A stretch of 36,898 nucleotides of DNA from a virus (lineage: Duplodnaviria; Caudoviricetes): positions 1 through 36,898 of IMG/VR virus record IMGVR_UViG_3300025114_000014. The stretch is one strand, 5' to 3'. The notes under the pieces are model-generated. The model ran no database searches and was not told the DNA's origin. It saw only the letters and a program-made list of their open reading frames with translations. A program made the position numbers and the translations under genes. Shown here piece by piece: positions 27,414-36,699 of this stretch (the first letter of the stretch is position 1; every line of letters starts with the position of its first letter).

Positions 27414-30377
27414 ATGCCATTTGATACAAAACAATCAGATATTTTTTACAATGAAGAAACAACTCAAATGTTTGTTTGTACTGTTAGTTCTATTACTGCG
27501 GATAGATGTCAAAACGGTAGTTCAATAGAAACAGTATATGGCGCATTACCTATTATATATAAAATAGATAAAGACACAAATTATAAATCTACCATATATC
27601 CAAAAAATATTGACACAATAGCAACAGATGTAAATTCTGATATATGGGCTCTTACGCCAACGTGCTCTGAGGGTACAAATTATTCATCAATAACAAAACC
27701 ACTTATTAATTATAATAAGACTAACAATAGATATTCAGTAACGTTTATAGGTAAATACGATACTGCCGCAGAAGGGTTTGCAATATCTAATTTTATTTTC
27801 CAAGATATAAATACTGATTTTTTCTTATTAAACGCTGACATTTACATACCCACAGATAAATTTACTATTAATCCATATACATTTATTGATGGTTATTTAA
27901 ACTCTGACTTAACTCTAGGTAGTAATGCAGTAAGAAATAATAAAGAATCCTTTTATGGAGATACAGAAAGATCACCAGAATATCTTATAAAACCGACTCA
28001 TGTAGAAAGCATGAGCAGTATAGGATTTAATTTATTATCAGATCAACTAGATAAATCAATTGAACCATTAACTGGTAATGCTGCATTCCCACTTATGCAC
28101 CATGGTGGTTATATAACCTATAATCCTAAATATACAGCATTTGATCCTGAACATAATATTAGAGTAGATTTTAGAGCACGGTCGTTCAATGTACCATCAA
28201 TGACAGCGTATGGCAGCTCTACAGTTGTAGGAACAGATCTAAGTACGGGAACACCGGTGGTGACAGCTTCTAGGTGGCTTCAACAATATTTACCTGACGG
28301 CCCAGGAGAAGGATTTTGTGTTTATTTTCATGAAAATGTATGTCCTGATTCCGGTACAGTTGTTCCTAATGGTATAGGTAGTACATTAGGTTATGCACCT
28401 TCGGAATTTATTGATACCGAGGTAGCTGGAACATCTCAAGCATCGGAAGGAATATTTATACAAGGCCGTGGTGAAACTGTTAATGATGACGGTTCAGTTA
28501 CTAAATGGAATGATGAGACTAGAGGTCGACTTGCAAATAGTTTTCTAGGTGTTGGTTTTGATATAAGAGGTAACTTTTGTATGAAAGACGAACAAAAACC
28601 GGGTTGGTATGCTGAAAATGGCGGCGTCGGTCACTTCACCGGTTATGGTGACGGTACGTTTACACAAACTCCATGTTCTGTAGGTATACGAGGTAGTGTA
28701 TATCACAATACTCAAGTATTAACTTGTATACCTATGAATACTATGCAAGCAGCGAGCGCGGTACCTATGCATACAACTACTACACTAGCTGATGGTTCAG
28801 ATGTTCCTTTTGTTGATTATAGAATAGACTTAGGTGACAGGGGAAGAAAAATTACAATTTATAATAAACTCTCTAGTGTTGATACCTATAATATGATTGC
28901 AGAGCTCAAACTACCTACAGTAATAAATTCTACTACTGGAGCAGCATATCAACCATGGGCAAATATTGGTGAACATGATGGTGTTGATTTTACAGAAGGC
29001 AGCCTCGGAGAAGGCGGCTGGGGTAAACAAGGTAAATTAGCTCCACTTAATGTAGGATTAACTTTTACAACTAGTAATTATTGTAGTTTTTTTGAAATTC
29101 AGAAATTCGAAGTAACGGGTATTAAAATAGACGAGCCTTGTGACACAACAGAGCCAATTGTTGATGAAATTAATGCACCTGATATGGCTAATTATATGGC
29201 ACTTGCATCGCAAAACTTTAGAGAAAGACTAGTGAGAATGAAAGCTAGTTCTGAAGGAGTAACTACTGATGATAAATTAGATATTGATATAGCAATACCA
29301 GCAAAACGAAGATTAGCAGATATAGAATATGAAAAAAATATAAGAGATGAAATTACAATTTGCGCACCATCTGAACCAGAAGTAATTGAAGAGGATATAT
29401 GCGTACAATATCAAAACTTAACTCCTGAAGAAATAGACAAAGCTATATCAGACGCAGAGCTAGGAAATCACGATGTTCTTAATAAATTTATTACGTGTGG
29501 TGGTGTCCTACCGAAACCAGAAATTGTTGATATAGAAGAACCGAAAGTCGAATCATTGAGATATGGATGGGAAATGGCATGTACGACGTCAATGCAAGAT
29601 GGCACCTTCGGTAATGATAGAATTTATACTTTTAACTCTCCTGTTGGTAATCCTGAAATTGATCCTCTACAAGGAGGACGAGGATCTGACGGAATATCAT
29701 CTATAACATCAACCAAAGATAATTATACTACTAACTGGTGGATGCTAAGAATAGGTAAACATACCGTTTGGGTACATGCTTTAAGTTGGTGGAGAGGAAC
29801 ACTTGAATTAGGATTTACCGAGTTAGATGAACTTTTACCAGGTACATATGCTACTTCTATCTTTCCTAATACACTAAAAATAACTCGTGCGTTTAATGAT
29901 GCTAGTGTAGATATGATGGCTGATAATCCTGGAATTCGTCACTGGCAATTACGCACATCAACTAATGGTCAAATGACACCTTATTCAAGTGGTCATTTAT
30001 GGCCAGATAACGATGAAATTAGTTTCGGTGCATTTAAGTCAATTAAATCAGATAGCTATGGCGCGCCAGACGCAAAAACAAAGAGATGCTTACTTGATGA
30101 AGTCAAAACAAAAACACAAGATGTAGCAGGAGAAACAGTAGGAGGAGTAGTTGGCGGGTCGCCTGGAGCAGAATCAGGATCGTTTATTACAGAGGTTCCT
30201 GGTAACATCATGATTGATCCGCTCGCCGAAACCATCGCGCGAGAAACAATTAGAGGATTGCCAGGAACGTCGGGAGATAATTTAAGAGCGGCCGCTGGAA
30301 TAACTGACATAAGTTGGCCAGATCTAAACAGATGGATAATTGAAGATGACACGCAGCAACTGGGGGCTGGGTTTTAG
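27414..30377 (+). CDS. Putative receptor-binding structural protein with L-type (legume) lectin-like domain, 987 aa
   Basis: GEGFCVYF, GIGSTLGY, LGVGFDIRGNF, YRIDL and LNVGLTFTT follow the order of L-lectin motifs (GxDGF, GGxLGY, AVEFDT). Confidence 0.65.
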   Translation: MPFDTKQSDIFYNEETTQMFVCTVSSITADRCQNGSSIETVYGALPIIYKIDKDTNYKSTIYPKNIDTIATDVNSDIWALTPTCSEGTNYSSITKPLINYNKTNNRYSVTFIGKYDTAAEGFAISNFIFQDINTDFFLLNADIYIPTDKFTINPYTFIDGYLNSDLTLGSNAVRNNKESFYGDTERSPEYLIKPTHVESMSSIGFNLLSDQLDKSIEPLTGNAAFPLMHHGGYITYNPKYTAFDPEHNIRVDFRARSFNVPSMTAYGSSTVVGTDLSTGTPVVTASRWLQQYLPDGPGEGFCVYFHENVCPDSGTVVPNGIGSTLGYAPSEFIDTEVAGTSQASEGIFIQGRGETVNDDGSVTKWNDETRGRLANSFLGVGFDIRGNFCMKDEQKPGWYAENGGVGHFTGYGDGTFTQTPCSVGIRGSVYHNTQVLTCIPMNTMQAASAVPMHTTTTLADGSDVPFVDYRIDLGDRGRKITIYNKLSSVDTYNMIAELKLPTVINSTTGAAYQPWANIGEHDGVDFTEGSLGEGGWGKQGKLAPLNVGLTFTTSNYCSFFEIQKFEVTGIKIDEPCDTTEPIVDEINAPDMANYMALASQNFRERLVRMKASSEGVTTDDKLDIDIAIPAKRRLADIEYEKNIRDEITICAPSEPEVIEEDICVQYQNLTPEEIDKAISDAELGNHDVLNKFITCGGVLPKPEIVDIEEPKVESLRYGWEMACTTSMQDGTFGNDRIYTFNSPVGNPEIDPLQGGRGSDGISSITSTKDNYTTNWWMLRIGKHTVWVHALSWWRGTLELGFTELDELLPGTYATSIFPNTLKITRAFNDASVDMMADNPGIRHWQLRTSTNGQMTPYSSGHLWPDNDEISFGAFKSIKSDSYGAPDAKTKRCLLDEVKTKTQDVAGETVGGVVGGSPGAESGSFITEVPGNIMIDPLAETIARETIRGLPGTSGDNLRAAAGITDISWPDLNRWIIEDDTQQLGAGF

Positions 30378-30381
30378 TTAA

Positions 30382-31524
30382 ATGAATACACTTACGTATA
30401 CAGTTAGTTTGAGTGATGGATTATTGCAACATAATTCTGGTACAGGGACTACGTTCTATCAAACTCAGGCATTAACAGGCACCACAGATGTAACATTTGC
30501 TCTTTCTGGTTTATCCGCATATGATGCTAGTACCTCTCAAAAAATAAATAAAATAGTAGTAGATTATGATGAAGGTATTAGAGGTCGTGATGGACTTTCC
30601 GCTCCAAATTTAATAATTAATAGACCACTATCTACTACAATTATACCAACATTATCTACAGAAACGTTTAATCAAGTACTACAAACAGAATTTACTGATG
30701 AAATAGAAAGAAACGTTTATTTTTCTCTATATAGAGATGATCTCGAGGTAGATATTATTGAAGCAAAATTCACAATAACTAAGCCTTCAATAGATATATA
30801 TGAAAATATAAATCTAATTAAAACAGATTATTTTAATAATGAAGAAGATAATGAAAAAATATTATTAACCTTTATTAATAAAAATCCTGAAGTGTTAGGA
30901 TTGAGTTTAATAAATTTAAATTTACCAGGTGGAGAAGGTCATGATCCGGCTTTACCTGTACCTAGATACACCGGTACAAATCTCTTTAATATAGGATTCA
31001 CAACAGAGTATGTACAAGTTGATGCAAAAGATTCAAATACTGGAGACTCTATACAAATATCACTTGACGATATATATACAGCTACTGGTGAAATTAAAAA
31101 TAATAGTAAAGTTACTTTAAGATATAGAACGAGAGCAGCAGATCCAAATGAGGCTATATTAAAGGAAATTAATTATCCTAATACAGTTGAAGCTGGTAGT
31201 TTATTATATGTTCCACTAACTGCTAATACAGGATTTGTCCATTTAAGTGGCTTTGTGAATTGGAACTGTAATGACTTGATAAAAGACGTAAGCTTGCAGA
31301 AACAAACAATCAATATTCCTTTAGTAGATATTAAAGGAACAAGAACAAATTTAGCTGATTATACTATACAATACTATTTTCAAGCTGGAGGAACCGTCGG
31401 TATTGGTGCTTCACAATCAACACCTCTATCTTCTGGTTATTTCTATGTAGATTTGTTTGATGTGAATGCTTGTGATTCAATAACTACAAGAACAAATACA
31501 ATAACAGCGTTTGTAAATTACTAA
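30382..31524 (+). CDS. Putative structural protein with C-terminal Calx-beta/Ig-like domain
   Basis: IGF...VTLRYRT...TA..GFVHLSGFVNW...QTINIPLVD...FYVDL resembles the Calx-beta pattern. Confidence 0.5.
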   Translation: MNTLTYTVSLSDGLLQHNSGTGTTFYQTQALTGTTDVTFALSGLSAYDASTSQKINKIVVDYDEGIRGRDGLSAPNLIINRPLSTTIIPTLSTETFNQVLQTEFTDEIERNVYFSLYRDDLEVDIIEAKFTITKPSIDIYENINLIKTDYFNNEEDNEKILLTFINKNPEVLGLSLINLNLPGGEGHDPALPVPRYTGTNLFNIGFTTEYVQVDAKDSNTGDSIQISLDDIYTATGEIKNNSKVTLRYRTRAADPNEAILKEINYPNTVEAGSLLYVPLTANTGFVHLSGFVNWNCNDLIKDVSLQKQTINIPLVDIKGTRTNLADYTIQYYFQAGGTVGIGASQSTPLSSGYFYVDLFDVNACDSITTRTNTITAFVNY

Positions 31525-31530
31525 AATAAC

Positions 31531-31536
31531 TAAATA
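31531..31536 (+). promoter_or_regulatory. Late promoter core TAAATA
   Basis: CTAAATA-ATTAT-ATG(31542); the same 15-mer occurs on the minus strand at 36561-36547. Confidence 0.65.
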
Positions 31537-31541
31537 ATTAT

Positions 31542-32462
31542 ATGGCAATAGAAGACGAAATCATTAATATATCAGATCTAGATGCTGGTACGGAGATATT
31601 GAATACTGATAAGCTACTCATTGAAACAAATAATGGTACAAAACTGCTATCCTTTAAAGATTTTGTTATTAGTACAGACAATATAACTTTTGAAGATAGA
31701 TTAAACGATACTAGTGTTGCTTCTGAAATAGATGGTAGTAATATTTTAACTCAAAGTGTGGATGAATACACTATTCCAAAAGCAGGAACAACAGAAGGAA
31801 AAACTCTTACTTACGGGGACTTAAAGCATGTAATTGACATGGCGAAGAAGAACTATGATGATATTACCGCATTGAGTGCCAGGGTGGACGACATTGGTGA
31901 TCTCGGCACTCAAGTGACCGCTAATGCCGATGCTATCGCGGCAAACGAAGTACATCTAGATGGAACATCTATTGGCTCTGCAACAACAATTCTTAAATCA
32001 GTTAATTTTAACGTTAAAAATCTTGATCGCCTCCCGAAGGCTTCAGGTAACCAGAGTTACATTGGATTTGATCATTCAGTATTACCGTCAGGTGCAGACT
32101 GGTCGACGATCAATTCAGACTTAACAAATTTTCAATTGAACGGGACTAGAGGATTTGAGATTACATATCCAAACACAGCCGCATATGTTGCTAGTACAAT
32201 ACTGTTCCAAGGTCACTTCCGGTTTCCAAAGTCCAGTAAAATAACTATACGAATGAATATACTAGACGTTGATAATAACGAGAAGACCACACGAGACTTC
32301 AGTTCCGTTAGTGATAGTAAGAATCAAGTCATTGATTTCGATTATATGGATTTAATAAGCCCAGGAGATACAATATTCTTTAAAGTCCGATCAGCCCCGA
32401 GCGGTAACAAGACAGCCATATACAAGAACTCATACTTAAGAGGAACAAAAATAACAAGCTAA
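31542..32462 (+). CDS. Putative short fibre/spike protein, 306 aa
   Basis: N-terminal INISDL...DKLLIE...GTK attachment-type motif, central coiled-coil-like stretch, beta-rich C-terminal head. Confidence 0.5.
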   Translation: MAIEDEIINISDLDAGTEILNTDKLLIETNNGTKLLSFKDFVISTDNITFEDRLNDTSVASEIDGSNILTQSVDEYTIPKAGTTEGKTLTYGDLKHVIDMAKKNYDDITALSARVDDIGDLGTQVTANADAIAANEVHLDGTSIGSATTILKSVNFNVKNLDRLPKASGNQSYIGFDHSVLPSGADWSTINSDLTNFQLNGTRGFEITYPNTAAYVASTILFQGHFRFPKSSKITIRMNILDVDNNEKTTRDFSSVSDSKNQVIDFDYMDLISPGDTIFFKVRSAPSGNKTAIYKNSYLRGTKITS

Positions 32463-32466
32463 CGAG

Positions 32467-35400
32467 ATGAGGATTATTCCTATAGAGAGTAAATCTATTG
32501 CACCAATAGAATACAGTCACATACATGACTCGAAAATATTATTTACTAAATATAGAGAAAATTTTGACTTCGGATTAACAGTTAACCAATATTATTTTAA
32601 TAAAGATCCCAAAGATAAAAAAACTAATTTTAATACACAATATACATTAACTAATTTATACCCACTATCTACTATATCCGAACTTAATATACCACATACT
32701 GATACATCAATTCAGTCTTTTTCTACTACTATACAACACGGAGATAAGTATCTTAAAACTGATTTTTCTGATCTTGATTCGATATCATCTACATTTGTAG
32801 ATTCAACAGAATTTAGTCAATTAAGTAGTCAATTTTTCTTTACATTTACTGTTAGTAGTCTATCGTCATCTCCTATTGAGCATACAATTAGTATTAGTCA
32901 AGAATATAATAGTATAACATATTATTTAAGTGCCCCTAATAATCAAAATATCACCGCTCGATGGACTTCAGAAGGTCCATCATATTTTAGATTTTATTTA
33001 GATAATGATGTAATTGCAATCCACCAACCAGCAGGAACGGTAACCGCCGGGCCCTCTGCTAATATATTAATAAACAATTCTAATACGTTGACAATGTCCG
33101 CTCCTGGTACATGGCAAAATACTGTAGCAGATTTAAGTAATAGTTTCTTTGATATTAATAGAAAAATATTAACTAAAGATTTTAAATATATACCAAATAG
33201 TTATAGTAAGTACAGCTCGACATATAATACTGACTCAGTAAATTTAAACACATCGACAACTGTAGACCATATTAGTAATAACTATTTTGTTTATAATAAT
33301 AACTATAACTTTTTTCAGAAGAAACTAGATAATAAAATTGTATCTCATGCTGATATTATTCCATTAAAAAATCAAGCAACGTTAAGTGAATATTATGCTG
33401 AGAATAACCATTTTAATTCTGAGCCTTCCTATTTAAATAGAATGTATGAAAAAATTCATTCAGGTACACATCAAATAGGAGGATATGATAAAGTAGGATT
33501 ATCATATAATATTGGTACATATGATATAGAATTTAAACCAAGTAAGTTAACATATTTTACTACCCCTAATTCATTATCACCATACACTATTCTTAATATT
33601 GCAGATTCAAAAATTGATAACTTAGGAGCTGTACCGGGTGATAATCCCTTAATGACAGACAAGGTATTTAAACGACGTGAAGTAATAAAAAATAATACTT
33701 TTAGTGATGGTATAAATCCAATTTATTTATGTAGTTGGTTATCTGGTGATAATACCGGAGATAGAAAATGGGTAGATAGATATTATAATCCATTAGTATC
33801 TGATTTTAGTTCTGCTTTATCTGGTACATCATATTATGAAGTAGTAACTGCAGCTGGTGCACAAACAACAGAAACATTTGACGTCTCATCTAGCTTAACA
33901 TTTGAACCTAATAATGATTATATTTTTTATCATATAGGTGAAAAAGACTATGAAAAATTATTTGAAGCATATGAGCCGTATAATGAAGCTTCTGATATAG
34001 AATATTTGAATTATAAAGGTGTACCTGTACTACCAAATAAGTCTAAAACTGATGATGAATTAATACTTAATGGAGATAATTTAGGGAGATTTAATGCAAA
34101 TTTCTCTGGTGATTTTAGTGTTAATTTTTGGTTAGATACAAATGATTATACCTTACCATTTTGCCATCAAATTATAGGTAATTATTTTGATGATGGCTTT
34201 GGTGTATTTAATACTGATCTAGTAACACCAAATATTATATTACCTGTAACTAATTCTAAATCCGGGGTGGCGAGTAAGTTATTATTTTTAAATAATGATT
34301 TTGAAATATATGATGAAGTAATATTAAAAGATGGATTAGATGAAATCGGTATTAAAGGAGTTGGTCGAAGAGATAATTTCTCAGACGTTTTTGTATTAGG
34401 TGATAATAATGTAATCTATGTTTTTAATAACAATAATAATTTAGTAGGAAAAATTGAAAACTTAAAAGATACAGCACCTGAGAATTGTGTAATAGAGGAC
34501 TTTGAAGTCGGTGAATGTAAAATACATATATTATTTAATCCAGTTACTGCTAAGAAATATTTTACGTATAATACTGATACTAACTTTTCTAGCACCACCA
34601 CTTCTAGCCCTTCTGCTACAACATTAGGAGTAAAAGGAAAAATATTTGATAGAAATAATAATATTACTATATTAAGTGCTGATAATATAAATGGATTTGG
34701 AAATGAGATTGCATTCGATAGTAATGATGTACCTTTTATCTTAAAACAATTTAACCCATCCAACCCAGGAATAAATAGAAACTATATTCAAAAAGGATTA
34801 AGAACTGATCAGGATGAAAGAATTCAAGCTGGATTAGATAAAAAATCTAGAGTAAATGGTATTGTAATTGATGACGAAAATCAATTAGTTGTATTAGGAG
34901 ATAATAATATTATTTCTATTTTAGATAATAACCGTAAATTTATTCGAGCAAGACAATTTTGCAATTTACAAAACTTAAACTTTGAACAAACATATATAGA
35001 TTTAATATATGATTTTGAAGGTGGTGTGTATAAAAAATATATACTTTTATTACAAGAATATACAGACGGTGTTAGATTAAGTAAGATAAATTTTGACCTC
35101 CAGGTAATTTATAGTAAAAATTTACCAGGGGTTGATGTAGCAGATTTACGTTTAACTAAAACATTAACATCTTATTCTTATTTAAAGAAGATTGGTGCTA
35201 GTAAGAATAAAATAAAAGTACTATTAAAAACTAAGCCTAAATTTTCATCTACAGGATCCTTCGCTCGAAAAAAGACTGAAATAAGTTTCGATGTAACTCA
35301 ATTACATCCTGGTTATAATCATTTCTTTATTAATGTATCTTTACGTAAGGGGTATATGGAGCTATATGTAAATGGAAAAGTATTTCAACAAGCGTACTTT

Positions 35401-35841
35401 AATGCAGGTAAATATGCATTAGATAGTGTATTAGGTACAGGTTGTTATATTGGTACTGTTAGTACTCCATATTATTTAACATTAGCAAATAGATTATTAC
35501 AACCTAAAAAATATTTTGTTAATAATGCAAAAATAAAAGCATTTAAATTATATAATAAAACAATGAGCTATTTTGATATGTTGGCTCATTATAATTATCA
35601 TTTAAAAGATAAAAGTGTTATTTGGTCTTATCCCATGGGGCAGCGGACGTACATTGATACTATAGATAAATTAATGAAGTTTAATTATCCTGAAAAATTA
35701 AGCAATAAGTATCAAGTTGAAATTAAAAACATGGGAATTAAAGATCCGCTACTTACTGACAAGATTAAAGAAAGAATAGAAAAAGAGATAGAAAAAATAA
35801 CTCCTTACTACGACGAAATCAAAAACGTCGTTATAACTTAA
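32467..35841 (+). CDS. Large structural protein with LamG/concanavalin-A-like domain, 1124 aa
   Basis: FSVNFWL...IIGN...GFGVF and later YNHF...MELYVNGK...YIG...IKAFKLYNKTMS are LamG motifs. Confidence 0.7.
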   Translation: MRIIPIESKSIAPIEYSHIHDSKILFTKYRENFDFGLTVNQYYFNKDPKDKKTNFNTQYTLTNLYPLSTISELNIPHTDTSIQSFSTTIQHGDKYLKTDFSDLDSISSTFVDSTEFSQLSSQFFFTFTVSSLSSSPIEHTISISQEYNSITYYLSAPNNQNITARWTSEGPSYFRFYLDNDVIAIHQPAGTVTAGPSANILINNSNTLTMSAPGTWQNTVADLSNSFFDINRKILTKDFKYIPNSYSKYSSTYNTDSVNLNTSTTVDHISNNYFVYNNNYNFFQKKLDNKIVSHADIIPLKNQATLSEYYAENNHFNSEPSYLNRMYEKIHSGTHQIGGYDKVGLSYNIGTYDIEFKPSKLTYFTTPNSLSPYTILNIADSKIDNLGAVPGDNPLMTDKVFKRREVIKNNTFSDGINPIYLCSWLSGDNTGDRKWVDRYYNPLVSDFSSALSGTSYYEVVTAAGAQTTETFDVSSSLTFEPNNDYIFYHIGEKDYEKLFEAYEPYNEASDIEYLNYKGVPVLPNKSKTDDELILNGDNLGRFNANFSGDFSVNFWLDTNDYTLPFCHQIIGNYFDDGFGVFNTDLVTPNIILPVTNSKSGVASKLLFLNNDFEIYDEVILKDGLDEIGIKGVGRRDNFSDVFVLGDNNVIYVFNNNNNLVGKIENLKDTAPENCVIEDFEVGECKIHILFNPVTAKKYFTYNTDTNFSSTTTSSPSATTLGVKGKIFDRNNNITILSADNINGFGNEIAFDSNDVPFILKQFNPSNPGINRNYIQKGLRTDQDERIQAGLDKKSRVNGIVIDDENQLVVLGDNNIISILDNNRKFIRARQFCNLQNLNFEQTYIDLIYDFEGGVYKKYILLLQEYTDGVRLSKINFDLQVIYSKNLPGVDVADLRLTKTLTSYSYLKKIGASKNKIKVLLKTKPKFSSTGSFARKKTEISFDVTQLHPGYNHFFINVSLRKGYMELYVNGKVFQQAYFNAGKYALDSVLGTGCYIGTVSTPYYLTLANRLLQPKKYFVNNAKIKAFKLYNKTMSYFDMLAHYNYHLKDKSVIWSYPMGQRTYIDTIDKLMKFNYPEKLSNKYQVEIKNMGIKDPLLTDKIKERIEKEIEKITPYYDEIKNVVIT

Positions 35842-36053
35842 CTTCCAGTTAAGAACACCCTCTTAATATTCTCAAGGTCACTTACAATTTGCTGCGCTAG
35901 TGAAGCGCGTTGCGCGTCACTACTCTCCATGATCAATTGCTTACCTTGATAAGTATGCTCATTAACTATTTGACGGTACTTAGCAATTGCGCTATCAAGG
36001 GCAGCATATGCTTGTGTTGGTTTTGTACGTTCGAATTCTGATATGTTTTGCAT
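35838..36053 (-). CDS. Hypothetical helical protein, 71 aa
   Basis: Starts 4 nt after the upstream stop; stop overlaps the 1124-aa gene stop (TTAA). Confidence 0.65.
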   Translation of the reverse strand: MQNISEFERTKPTQAYAALDSAIAKYRQIVNEHTYQGKQLIMESSDAQRASLAQQIVSDLENIKRVFLTGS

Positions 36054-36057
36054 GATA

Positions 36058-36549
36058 TTAATAAAAAAGTTTTTTACTGGAAAGAGAATCTATAAGATAA
36101 TATAGATCGATAAAGTCTCTCTTATATTTTCGTTCAAATTTCCGGGCGTCGACCTCCCATTTGTTATAATAATATTTATCATTCTCCTTTTCACTGTCTT
36201 CATCAGTATAATTTAACCGACGCTCGGATACATGAAGCATGTTGTCTTGGATCCAGTGTCTAAATTCATGAAGGAAATGAGCCGCAAATGTGTCAAACTT
36301 CTTATCACTACTCCAACCGTTCTGATCCAAATGATGTGTCACATGAAGCTCATCAAATCCAAAATAATATCCACTACTAACATGATGACAAGTCTTAATT
36401 TCTAGACTATAATGCTTATTAGACTTGCTACGCTTTTGAATCTGATTAAAAAATATGTTCGCTGTTTTTTGCAGCGTTTTAAAATTGATCCTATTCTCTT
36501 TCAACCAACGTTTGACTCGAGGTTTGGCCTTTAAATCAATCGTAATCAT
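36058..36549 (-). CDS. HEXXH zinc-metallopeptidase-like protein, 163 aa
   Basis: FLHEFRHWIQ plus downstream YYNKWEVDAR third-ligand motif; start moved from 36573 to ATG 36549, which lies 5 nt after TAAATA. Confidence 0.7.
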   Translation of the reverse strand: MITIDLKAKPRVKRWLKENRINFKTLQKTANIFFNQIQKRSKSNKHYSLEIKTCHHVSSGYYFGFDELHVTHHLDQNGWSSDKKFDTFAAHFLHEFRHWIQDNMLHVSERRLNYTDEDSEKENDKYYYNKWEVDARKFERKYKRDFIDLYYLIDSLSSKKLFY

Positions 36550-36554
36550 ATAAT

Positions 36555-36560
36555 TATTTA
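36555..36560 (-). promoter_or_regulatory. Late promoter core TAAATA
   Basis: Minus strand CTAAATA-ATTAT-ATG(36549). Confidence 0.65.
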
Positions 36561-36650
36561 GTCGACCACACATTAATATAAAACACTAATATCCCGCGTT
36601 TCCGAACGGCTCTGCCCACGTAAAAACATAAAACTATATAGGGTTTGGTG

Positions 36651-36687
36651 ATAGGGATTCCCCGGTTTCCCGAGGAATCCTATTTTT
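36651..36687. terminator. GC-rich hairpin, possible terminator or 3' stabiliser
   Basis: GGATTCCCCGG-TTTC-CCGAGGAATCC then TATTTTT on plus; on minus it reads GGATTCCTCGG-GAAA-CCGGGGAATCC (GNRA loop, G-U pair) just after the stop at 36700. Confidence 0.6.
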
Positions 36688-36699
36688 GTTGTGATTTAC

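Noticed and set aside
5444-33769. 16-bp match ACCGGAGATAGAAAAT at 5444-5459 and 33754-33769
   Set aside because: A match of this length is plausible by chance in 37 kb of AT-rich coding DNA; no supporting context.
548-34763. Short antisense or alternate-frame ORFs in the track (e.g. 548-817, 2308-2577, 7161-7349, 10600-10944, 11898-12209, 30056-30352, 34416-34763)
   Set aside because: All lie wholly or almost wholly inside well-supported genes, have no promoter or RBS and show shadow-ORF composition.
36550-36573. ORF-track start at 36573 for the HEXXH protein
   Set aside because: The extension spans the late box; ATG 36549 fits the conserved TAAATA-N5-ATG pattern.
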